A stretch of DNA of 64,000 bases, taken from assembly GCA_973895155.1 (NCBI GenBank), contig OZ316895.1:12221929-12285928 (forward strand). Reading direction: 5' to 3'. A model generated the notes under the pieces. It had not been told where the DNA came from and made no database searches. It saw only the letters and a program-made list of their open reading frames with translations. Positions within the stretch are counted from its first letter, which is position 1; every line of letters starts with the position of its first letter. This document shows positions 1 to 11,200 of this stretch, piece after piece. Position numbers and translations under genes: made by a program. Source of the DNA: Marsupella aquatica. Its lineage: Eukaryota; Plantae; Marchantiophyta.

Positions 1-19
1 GTCGGAGTAGGTTCGGTAC

Positions 20-48
20 AGTAGTAGTAGTAGTAGTAGTAGTAGTAG
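20..48. repeat. (AGT)n microsatellite
   Basis: About 9 consecutive AGT units. Confidence 0.9.
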
Positions 49-702
49 CGGAGCTGGGGTCGGTCGGTCATGCGGTCGCCGGGGTCTAGCTCTCGACAAC
101 TTCTTGGCCTGCTGCTTGGTCGTAAACTTGGCTGTGCTGCTGCTGATGCCGCCGCCATCGCCATTCGCCGGCAACGGAAGTAGTGTGGCCTCTCGTGGGT
201 TCGCGTTCTCGACAGGATTTTGCGCTTAGTAAGTGTAGTGGTTCCACGGCTGGACATGGACCGTTTCTTTGTTGTTGCGGGGGGGCCACCGAAACAGCAG
301 CAGGAGCAGGAAGGCAGGATCGTGGAGGGCGCAGGAAGGGAGGAAGGAGGAGGAGGAAAGCGTGCTGGTGCTGCTGGTGCTGGAGAGGAAAGGGGCGGGC
401 GCAACGGCAATCCGCAAACGCGAAATGCCAATCGGAGGCACGGAAGGTAAACGCTGCAGGCAGGCAGGCAGGCGAACGACGACGACGACGAGAAAAAGGA
501 GCCGTGATTCAACGAAAGGGGAGGGGGGATCCCGCCACGTTGAGGAGGGCTCGTCACGCTATCTCGGGGATGAGGCAGGCAGGCAGGCTTCTCGGTTTGT
601 TCCATCTTACCTGAAAGAGCGACCTACGAGTCGGGGCTCGGGCGGGGTTGAAATTGGGCTTTCGCCGGGACGACGGGCCCGTCCTGTGGTGTTATCCCGT
701 CC

Positions 703-1581
703 ATGGATGCCGATCTTCGTATTCCAGCTCACCATGGTGGGGGTCACGGCTCGGCCGATGCGTCGCAACATCACAACACTCTCACGCTCTCGCTTCCGGG
801 GATCCATTCCACTCCGACCTCGAGGTCGACCAAGCTCATTGGCGATGGGAACGAGAAGCACGGCCGGGAGGACTGCTGGAGCGAGGCCGCCACCTTTACG
901 CTCATCGAGGCCTGGGGCGACCGTTACATCGAGCTTAACCGTGGCAATCTGAAACAGAAGCACTGGAAGGATGTGGCGGAAGCCGTTAATAGTCGGGAGG
1001 ATGGGAAGGTGAACAAAACTGATGTGCAATGCAAGAACAGGTTGGACACATTGAAGAAGAAATACAAGTTGGAAAAGAGCAAGGTGGCGACCAGCGGCGC
1101 GGGCACCAAGTGGCTTTTCTTTGAGAAGCTAGATGAGTTGATTGGCACGTCAAGAAAACACAAGAAGTCTGCGAAAACTCAGAAACGCAAGAGGGATAGA
1201 GTAGAGGACGGAAACGGTGAGCCGAAAACTTTCAATAATGCGTCCACGAACACAAAATCCAAGGAGAGCCCGGACATGACCGACAGTTGTCCGCATGCCA
1301 CCACTCCTGGGACGGAAGGAAAGCCTATCGTGAAGCGTAAAGTACAGGAAGGTCCGTTCAAAGACTTAGCTAGGGCTATTATAAAATTCGGCGAAGTATA
1401 CGAGAGAATTGAAAGCGCTAAACAGCAGCAACTGATGGAGCTCGAGAAACAACGGATGGAATTCACGAAAGACCTCGAGCTGCAAAGAATGCAACTTTTT
1501 ATGCAAACGCAGGTCGAACTGGCGAAAATGAAGCATGGGAAGCATGGAAGCACGGGTGAGGAAACACGCCTCGATGATTAA
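703..1581 (+). CDS. Trihelix transcription factor (ASIL/SIP1-like; Myb/SANT-like DNA-binding domain plus C-terminal coiled coil)
   Basis: WSEAATFTLIEAWGDRY..LNRGNLKQKHWKDVAEAV..KTDVQCKNRLDTLKKKYKLEK..WLFFEKLDELIG is the trihelix domain. LARAIIKFGEVYERIESAKQQQLMELEKQRMEFTKDLELQRMQ is the typical C-terminal helix. The true end may be spliced (donor G|GTGAG at 1556) to a short last exon near 2738/2768-2796. Confidence 0.92.
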   Translation: MDADLRIPAHHGGGHGSADASQHHNTLTLSLPGIHSTPTSRSTKLIGDGNEKHGREDCWSEAATFTLIEAWGDRYIELNRGNLKQKHWKDVAEAVNSREDGKVNKTDVQCKNRLDTLKKKYKLEKSKVATSGAGTKWLFFEKLDELIGTSRKHKKSAKTQKRKRDRVEDGNGEPKTFNNASTNTKSKESPDMTDSCPHATTPGTEGKPIVKRKVQEGPFKDLARAIIKFGEVYERIESAKQQQLMELEKQRMEFTKDLELQRMQLFMQTQVELAKMKHGKHGSTGEETRLDD

Positions 1582-3595
1582 TTTGACGAAGCAATGTCAT
1601 TCTTGATTCTCTTTCGGTTTTTCTTCTCAGTCTGGCAATGCAAGAGTTTTCTTGTTCACGCCTCAAGATATTGGTGTTTACTTGTAGCATTCCGTTACAG
1701 TTGTCCAATGTGGTTCTGCTACCATTCTTAATTTGTCTGTCCGTCAGTGGAAGTGGCCTCCGTCGCAGACATTCTTGAAACGAACGAATCTCTTTCTTCG
1801 AGTCCCTCCCCTTTCTGTATCGCGTTTTCGTATGTGCATGCGTGTGTTGATAAACGTTCGTTTCTCCCCGCGCAGAACATTACTTGTGACAAAGTACTTG
1901 GCTCCAAGGCGTTTTGTCCTGAAAGTTCAACTATATTAACACGAAGGAGAACAGTGCAAAGCAGTGGGTAGCCTGCGGAGGGTGAGAAAACTCACAGGAG
2001 AGAACACCTCCCAAGGCGTTTCTCTCCAAGCAAGGACTCCGTTTTGCATCGTCGCTCGCGGTCGCCGGCACAATTACGCCTTGTCGAAGTGTCTTCACGT
2101 AGTCCGGGCCGCATTTTGAACATGTGCGTCAATGAAGGTGAAGTTCTTTCCTCGTGCCTAGCTTTCCCAGATGCCAGGACCGTCTTTACCGGCTCTTGAG
2201 CGCGACTTTGGACTTCATCGAAAGCAGCTTTCAGGAACATAAAAAGTGCGGCATAACCGGATGTTCGCCTGAGTGCAATGTTTATGTTTGGACACGGAGT
2301 TTATGAACTTCCTGTCACTACACTGCACCGCACCTTACAACCTACCTGCGATACATCAGGCTCTTTGGAGTTTCCCTCAAACTTGGCAATGCGGAATACT
2401 CATCGATAAACATGTGGAACGCCGCATGCTTCCATTATCGGGAACACCATTTGTATAATTTACTTTCCTTTTCGGAAAACAAAGCAGGCCAACTAGGGAC
2501 AGGGCCAGTCATTGGAATGTAAACAATTTTTGAACGATGTACATGTTTCGAACCGTGATGAAACACACGGATTTTGACGGACTACAGTCGGTTTGCAGCC
2601 ACATGACAAGATGTGTCACAACTGCTAATCTGTATTGCCAGTTCATTTACGATATATGTCCGATCCCGTCGCTCCGTGGGCTCTGAAGTATGCTTTCTCG
2701 TACTTTCTGGTTTTAAAAATATAGATTCTGGTTGCAGAAATAGAGGTTCTGGTCGGTGTTTTTGCAGAATGGTCTCATCAATCCAATCAGATTTGAGGCG
2801 GTAATCTCAAATGATTCCTCGATTTGATGAGAATTGCCTCAAATGAACCGGCAATTCTCGATGAGCGTTCTAAACTCTTAGCTTTCTCTCCAGAGTGAGT
2901 CGAGGCGAACGAAAGTTTCATGTGGGAAGCGTGCGTTTGAGCTGAAGAAGATCCTTTGATGAGCCTTCATGAAGAGTGGATAGCCAGTTCTGCTACGTGG
3001 CTATTCTACCGTGTAATCCTGTGTGTAGAGAGATACAACGGTGGCATTCTCTGAAGCGTCAGGACGTAGAGTCTCATCCCGAGACGAGAATTGTTGGCAT
3101 TATTCCCTTGACTTCGATAGGAAGAGTAGAGTATATCATCCGGGTTCACTTCAGGCACTCATGTGTTGCAAGAGGGGCTGGATGCGGACGTGAAGTGAGG
3201 AGCAGGACTCTAAAGTAGTGATGAGAGGACAGAAAGAGAAGGTGAATAGGAGGAAACATATGGAGGCACGCGTCGTGCAGTCTTCGGTGTGCTTGCATCT
3301 GCAAGTCCAGTATCTTGATTTGAAAATGCGATTCGTTCATGTCATCAGTTTTTTCAGCAGTGCTGGTTCACATGCTTCTCCTTGCCTCGACGAATATCTC
3401 TGGATTTTCGTTCCGGTCTGCTCTTCTTCTCGGTCGCCTCCTGTACGCATCCTGCAGGCGTTCACATGATTCTCGGGCAAGGCCAGCTGAAAGGTGAGGA
3501 TGTCCTCGAGGTTCTCATGAGGGTGAACTTCACTCACTGTCCGTCGTTGCGTTCTGGTGAAGTAACGAATGTGAATGTTAGGCACCTTAAACGAT

Positions 3596-3980
3596 AAGGA
3601 TTCGCTTGCAATCTCACGATTTTCACGACTAAAGAACGAATCCTACGCCTTGCACCCTAAACATTTAGCTCGCATGAAACATTGCCGATCCATAGCACCA
3701 CAACACGTACTGGCGACGGAATCCCTTTGAAATTCCATGAGTACAGAAATTTGATCTTAAGGTTCCTTATTAGTCCTCAAGGATTCGCTTGCCATCACGA
3801 ATTTTCACGAGGACAGAAGTATCGGCTCGCATTAAAGATTGCCGATACATAGCACCTAAACTCTCTAGTGGCTACGCAGATTTCTTTGAAATTCTGTTAG
3901 TAGATAATGGATTCCCTAACTTCAGGACTAAAGAAAGCAAATCTTAGTTACCTTAAAAGATTCGATTGCAATCACCAACT
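3596..3980. repeat. Degenerate tandem repeat, about 180-bp period, 2-3 copies
   Basis: A GGATTCGCTTGC(A/C)ATC-like motif recurs at about 3598, 3781 and 3959. ATTGCCGAT.CATAGCACC recurs at about 3681 and 3838. Confidence 0.65.
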
Positions 3981-4972
3981 TTATCGAATGGGAGTCCTAG
4001 GCCTTAACTAGAAAGATTCAGCTCGCCTCAAAATTCAACTCATGGCCAAAATTATGAGTCCATCCTATGGGATAAGCTCCTTCATCTCATGGCCAAACTT
4101 AGGAGGAATATTGTCACAATCAGGCAGTCTTGTCAAGACTACAGTTTCCAATAATGTCGAATGATCAATGTTCTTTACAGAGAGGGCAATATACTATCAC
4201 CATCAATGCATTGGAAGCAGCAATGACAATGTTATGTCACTGCTGTGCACTTGGGTAGTGGTAGCTGCACATCGAAAAGGAGCGGCCAGATATGTAGAAG
4301 GAATAATGGTGTCCCCGATATAAAAGAATTGGGTTTATCATGTTATAGAAAACCCATTCAACTTATGAGTTGGTGCATGCCAGGCAACACAGTAAACCCT
4401 ATGCTACTACTGTATGGTACTGCTTTTTTATGTTCAATTACCATGGACGCGCTCTTGTACAGCATATCATAGGCCTGGGAACTGGAGCAGAACAGCAATC
4501 TAAATTTGGTCACATCCACCAACATAGAATTGACATGCACAAACATAGCTTAGATCGAATCAGAGGAGGGTTTGCTCACATCTTGCTCACATCCACATAT
4601 GGTATTTAGAATAAACAGCAAGTGTAAAGGGTAGATTCATAAGATTTGGTAGGCTGTCCTCAGGCACTGAAGGGGAAATTCTACTCTTTTGCTATGTCAG
4701 GGTAGAAATCAAGCTGGGCCAGACCAGCAGGTTATTTTTCAAGTTTTTTAGAAGGCCAAGTCACAGAGCCACAGCTAAGTTTCACTAGAAAGAAAGACCA
4801 CAAAGATGGATGGCCTTGGAACTTGGCCTTCTTTAAGAAAGACCACAAATTTACTGTGCATACTAGTTACAGAAAAATATTTTAGTGAATTCAAAAAGTA
4901 TCTTATAATTATATTCTCTGTCTTGCAAGGAATTCTCTAGAAATGGAGTCGCGAAACTCGACTACCTTAACA

Positions 4973-6443
4973 GTTAGCTCCGACGTCGCTTACTCCGACG
5001 CCGAGCTCCCTTATGGTCCAGGCCCGGATAGGCCATCCGGGGAGGACTTAGCATGGGGAGACTTGTGAGCAATGAGATGTGGCACTTGCGAAGCAAGGGG
5101 CCAAGCTGGGGACACACACTAAGGACTTGGACTAGCCTATGACTGGTTGGGTCAAGGGGAAATGGGCCGGGCTCAAGCATGGCTGTCCGGACTTTGAGTT
5201 CTGAGGGCTGGGGAGTGAGCTCCTCTTGGGCCCAAGGCCAATGGAGTTGAGGCCATTGGCAACGGACGCTTGGGGCGCAAGTTGTGGCCCGATCCGGGTT
5301 GGGCCGGTCGGGGGCCCCGAGCGACGATCAGACCTGAGGGCCTAGGCATGAGCACTGGGTCGGCCCGGTCACAACGGGCTAAGGCACTCCGCTTGCGGAT
5401 GCCTATCGAGAAAGTTATGGGCGTTGCCAGTTGGTGACGCGACCTTTATGCGCGATGAGATCCGGGTTGGGGGCCAAATGTTTAGGGACCAAAGCTGGTC
5501 CGGGGGTGGCAGGTCTCCAGAAGCATATATGAGGGGAGTGGTGTCTCCCTGGGGGCTAAGGCCGAGCCGAAGTCGTGAGCCGCGGCGGTCGCGACACTAA
5601 GGGAAACCGCTAAACGGAAATGGTGATATCTTCCCAACGGGAAGTTCGTTGGAGGACTTCTTGGGTGCGTTGGAAAACTCTTGAGGAGGACTACGCCCTC
5701 CTGAGCTCAGATGGGTCCAGGTTGCCATGGGTTCTCGGGGTTTGTGGATGTTAGCTCGCTCGCTTGCCAAATCCTGCCGAATAGCAGCCAAGCCGCGTCC
5801 AGCCTCCCAAGGGAGCTTGCGTTGGGGAGGCAAGGCCAAGTAGGTATGGAGTCTGAGTCCCAAGGGCGCTCGGTCCCTAGACCATAAGTGGGGCGAACTG
5901 GGAGCGGTTGTTAGAGTCAGGGCCGTGCTGGTCCCGGCGTGTTGAGACAAGCTTGGGACAAGCTTTAGGACAAGCTACGCTATTTGGGCCATGAGCATGT
6001 CCTGAGGTCAGGGCGGTCAGTTGGTGATGGATAGGTACGAGGGGGAACCCGGGCCGCGCCCAAGGAAGGAGCTGTCCTGGACGGACAGTGGGCGTGGGTT
6101 CTGGTTCCGGCTTATGGCATCGGGAGGACCTATTGCTGACCTATTTACCAACGTCTGTTGAGCTTGAGTTAGGCTGCTAGATTTGGCGAGTTCTAGATCC
6201 GGAGGGGTTACTTACCGAGGTGCTTGGTTGCTTGTGCAGATAGTGAGGACCGTTGAGTAGCAGTCGTGTAGGTGAGCAAGTGCGGCTTCGTATGGGAGGG
6301 GCCGTAGGTGGTGCTAGAGGCACTTGGATGCTTGCTCGAGGTATTCCGTGGAGACGTTCGGGCACCAAGGGCACTTAGACGCAAGTGCTGGGATTGGTGA
6401 GGGCGCTGGGTGGCTAGGTCCACCACTAATGGTAAGACCAACA
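4973..6443. mobile_element. GC-rich non-coding block, probably an LTR-retrotransposon (LTR-like) remnant
   Basis: Abrupt GC/CpG-rich island with no credible ORF, ending ..ACCAACA at 6443, with a TATA-like CATATATGAGG near 5524. No TSD or matching 5' TG end could be fixed. Confidence 0.35.
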
Positions 6444-8213
6444 AGTTTATTTATTTATAAAAGCTCAAAGTACAAAAGGGGATGTCTGAGGGGAGGCTAC
6501 CATACATGGGTCATGGTCTGATTTCCAACAAATGCTGAGTGAAACAGATGCCTCTAATAGCTTTTTACTTTGGGGCTAGAAGACAATGTTCTTTGAAGTG
6601 GAAACTTATTTTAGAAGTGTTGTCAAGGGGAAAAGGGAGTGGTATAGGACTTGTCAATTATTTTTGAATAGTGGTTATTTCTATTGGGGCTAGTGTTGGG
6701 AGACTTGTTGTTTCAAGTTGAAGGTAGAAAATAGCTCACCAGAAATGTGTAAGCCAACATGACTCTAAGTGTCCACACCTTTCTCATCTTGTACCCGTAT
6801 TCTTCTATACATATCTCATTTGAACAAGCAAGTCAATACAAATCCATTGAACTCTTCCTTGTCCATCCTGATATGATATAACACTTTTGACAAGGATATC
6901 AGTAGCAGGACATTCAGGGTAGGACTTGAGAAATACCCCAAATAAATGACCAAACTCACTAGGGGTTTTAATAGACAGAATTTCTTAAATGATAATCAAT
7001 TTTTACCCATAGAGAAGAGCTGCTGCCCAATGTCTTGCAACGGGTTGATTTGTCCTGTCCAGAGTGTTTTGCAAGGGTGGGCAGGAAAACCTCCTGCTCA
7101 CCCAAACTCGCAAGTTATGGCATGCGGGAGAAAACTTTTGGCAAGCCCGGCTCCAGGATTTTTAAGTTTGCAGGGCTCACTGGGATCCAAAAAACCTGGT
7201 TCCCCAGCTGATCATGCTAAAGTCTTCCATGGCTGGGCATTCCTGGTATCTGGTGGTAGTGCTCTTAGCACTGCAAACTGGAAGTGCAGCATTCTCAATT
7301 TTGACGCCCATAGAACATTCTTACTGGTCACCCTATTCCCGACAGGTAAAGGGGCACCAGTGGTGAGTTCAAACAGAGGCCCCATGCATGCACAAGTGTG
7401 AGCACCTCATACGCTTCCATTTTGGGATGCAGCAGGGCCCTCCATGAGGATTGAGAATGATGCACCCTCAGCAACAACCCTCACATTTGGGGAGGTGAGA
7501 AGCCAGACTCCACTCCTCGGCAAGAATCTCCATATTTGACGCAAGGGAGACAACTTTTGGCTGGCCCAGACATGCTACAGTTCCTGTTACAAGGAAGAAC
7601 CCCATTTTGCTACCAAACTTATTAGCAAGCCAAAACCTGGTTAGTAAAACTCAATTTTGGGACTTGCATTCTTTGCTAGCTATATGGAGAAGTCAGCAAA
7701 AATCAAAAGACATTGTCCCCCTGACTCTCTAAAAATACTCTAGTCCCTAGGAAAAAATTCTATTCTTCTCGCATCAGGTAGAAAAAATAGTGTAGGTCCA
7801 GAGGGTAGGTTTAGACATTGGTGGTCCCAGTGGCTCTCCAAAACAGGCAGTAATTCATTTGGTTTAAGACCATGCATTACAACCAGAGGAAATCCTCTGT
7901 TTCCAAATCAAATCAAAATCATCCTCCGCGCTTGGCAGCTGCGATGAACATGATTGCATGCAACTCTACGTACGTTACGAAAAAGTTTTCAGAATCATAC
8001 ATAACCATATAACGGAAGACCGAATTAAAGAAGTTGTAACGAGAGTCACTGGTAATTTGGGACCGAAGATTGTCGACGGGAACAACGAACCAAGGAAATC
8101 CTTGTGCAGGATCGATGAAACGGAAGGAATGACCTCGGTCCTTTTGACACCACGTTCGCGTTTGACGTAATGAGTTGGAGAAGGTCCGAGCAGTTACATT
8201 ATGATCAACCAAA

Positions 8214-11200
8214 ATGAGATTTTCTAATCTATCCGTCGATGTGACGAAGACAACTTATACTACCATGAGAGGAGCAGCTGGAGCTGGCAAGGCTCTCGCT
8301 CTCGAGGAGAACATCGCTCCCGAGGAAAACACTAACGTGCAGCAGTGCTCTGATGATCCTGCCGCTGCGAGAGGAGAGGGTAATGGGAATGGCGATGGCA
8401 ACCAGACCGTTGTCGACCGAAGGAGTTGCAGTAGGAGTGCACCGACTTGTCCCAACTGCAATGGTTGTAAGGATGTGAGCTCTAGATCTGTTTTCGAGGA
8501 AGTCGGTGTGGTTGGTGGGAAGGATCCGAGATGGGATGATGGGGGACAGGGTACCGACGATGTTTCTCGCGCAACGACGTCCTCGGCGGCAGTGGCGGCG
8601 GAGAAGCCACACTTATCATCGTCGTCTGAGATGATCAAGCAAGTGAAAGAGGAGGAGAGGACTATCGGAAGGACGATTGAGAGTGAAGATGTCGGGGTAC
8701 ATGAATCGACCCTAGCGAAGTTGAAGCGGAAAATTCGGTTGAAGTTGTTGGCGGAAGAGGCGAGGAATTCGCAGCTGTCTGCCACAGCTGAGGCGCACGA
8801 ATACCTCATTAATGGCGGGCAAGAGAAGAGGGCAGCAGGAGGTGAAGGCCCATCTTCATCGTCTCGGGTAATTACTGAAATCCGAAACTCCTCAGGCTGT
8901 CCTATACACCAACAGCATCACTCGCAGGCTAATTTACAGCAGCTTTCTCAAGCAGGTAAGCAGTATCTGAAAGACAATGGATCGCAAGTTAGGGTTCAAG
9001 GCAGAATCATTGTAGATTTGTCGAGCGATGATGAAGCAGACGTTTCAAATCCATCCAGAACTCAGCAGCAGCAGAATAATGTTATTCAAAAGACTTCTCA
9101 GGTTTCCGGCGGGGCTGCTGCTGCCCTTCTTCGTCCAAAACAGGAAGAGGAAGCTTATAGCTCGATTCTGGAGAGGATGCTGCGTCCTTTGATTGATAGA
9201 GCTGCTGCTGCCATGGATCAGAGTAGCAAACCCACGCCAAAAAAAGTTAAAGCAAGCACTTCTGCGGAGCGGAGCAGCAGCAACAAGCCAATTTCCAAGG
9301 TGAAGTGTGAGTTAGTCGACGAACTGGCAGACTTGCTGGATCTTGGTAAAGGCAAAACTTCTTTGCCAGTTGCTGGTTCTTCTGCTCGCCGGAAAAAAGG
9401 GGGATCCTTACAATTGGACAACACGTTGGACAAAACTCCAGCAAAGAAAAGAGGGCGTCCAAAAAAAGTATCTCTCGAGCAACCAACAATCAATCCGGTG
9501 AAGGAGTCCAAATCAACGAAAGAGAAAGTCGTGTCTAGAAATTCCAATCCTTTGGCAGATGCCCGGGCAGATGGGTACGAACGAGAACGAGAAAACAACA
9601 TTCTCCGCAACAGGGCTTTTCTTCAAGGGCTGAGCTTACAGTGCAAAGGCCCCCAACCTCAATCTAGGGCGGCAATGTCACCGCCACCAGTGCTCGTGAC
9701 TTCTGACCCGGACTGGGAGGAGAATGATGGCGACATCATTCGCAACGGCGATCCCCACACTGAGAATCGTGTCGAGTCCCAGAGAAGTCAGATAACTTCT
9801 GCCCTGTCTGGATCTTCTGCAATCCAAAGACCGGGAAAAACTCAGACAAGTGATGAAGACTACGACGAGGAGGAGGATCCGGAGGAGAACGACGATAACA
9901 GTTCCAAGAGCTCCAAACTCAGTAACATGCGAGGGAAGGTGAAACCCCTACAGAACGGGAAAGAGAAGGTCCCTCGAGGACGGCCCAGGAAAGCGAAGGC
10001 CTCCGCCACGACTCCCAAAGAAGCGGGGCTTTCCAATCAGGAGTTGATTAGAATTTTAGCTGGATTGCTAACCTCGCAGAGTGCAGGTTCCCTTCCACCA
10101 AACCTCCTGCAAAGGTTGGAGAACTCGAGCAATGGAGGTGAAAGTAATCATACGGCTAGCACCGTACGTAGAGGAAGGCCACCAGGGTCGAAGAAAAAAC
10201 CAACTGAGGTGCGCCAACAGAAAGAGAAACGTAAGGCGGACAGTACACCACCACCACCACAACGGAACTCGAGTAGTCCGACGTCGACCTCTATATCAGC
10301 AGGGTCAGAAGGCAAGAAACTCAAAGATACGTGGCTCACAACAAGTTCGTTCGAAACTCCGAAGACAGACTATGAGCTGCAGCGCGATCGTGCAGTTCGA
10401 GATCGCAAAGATCAAATTGACAAATTGGGGGCAGTTGCGGACCTGATCGGAGAAATCAACGCTCCTCCTCGCCCAACCAGGCCCTACCACAAGAGATGGA
10501 CATCTCTGAACCCGGAATATAACAGACAAACGAGGCTGAGGGATCGGCTCAGCGCAAAGAGCAAGACCTTACCGGCAGTAAAGTCCGAGCCAGTTAAAGA
10601 GGAGATCTTAAACGCAGATGACGCAGATACATTAGTGGAGGAGAGGCCAGATCCGTCCTTTGCAGACTCATTGGTCGCCAAATTCTCAAATTGGGCCACC
10701 CTTCAAAAGCAACGTCCTGCGGCTCCTATGCGCGAGTGGGACCTAAACGAGCCTTCAGTGGCGATGGGACCAAGAGTCATAAGCTTCGAGGCTCGAGAAG
10801 GGCGAGAACAGTTGCTCGATCCTTTGCTAACGAGAATCTACACGATGGACGTTGGCGCCGTTAAAGGCGAGTACAATGGTCTGCTGGCAGCTGGAGGCAG
10901 CCAAGGCCGCATTGCGGTGTTTGCTGTGAAGGGTTCCGAAGCTTGGTCTAGCTATGGCAAAGCAAGATTGGATGCATTCTCGGATGAGGACGAGGCCCGC
11001 GTACCCATTCTGGCCTGGTCTGTTGACAGCAGCTGGATTTCCCAAGTCATCTTCTTGCCTAGCCAATTTAAGGTGCGTAACATATATTGAGTACATTTGT
11101 GGTAGGCCAAAATGCCTGTCTGATATTGTCCGTTGGTAGATAGAACAAATTCATTTGAGAAGTTGATTTGGATCCTTAAATGTGGAGTCCCCGTTCAATC

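Noticed and set aside
6445-7900. Possible LINE remnant (TTTA-rich end at about 6446)
   Set aside because: No recognisable RT or endonuclease motifs could be reconstructed.
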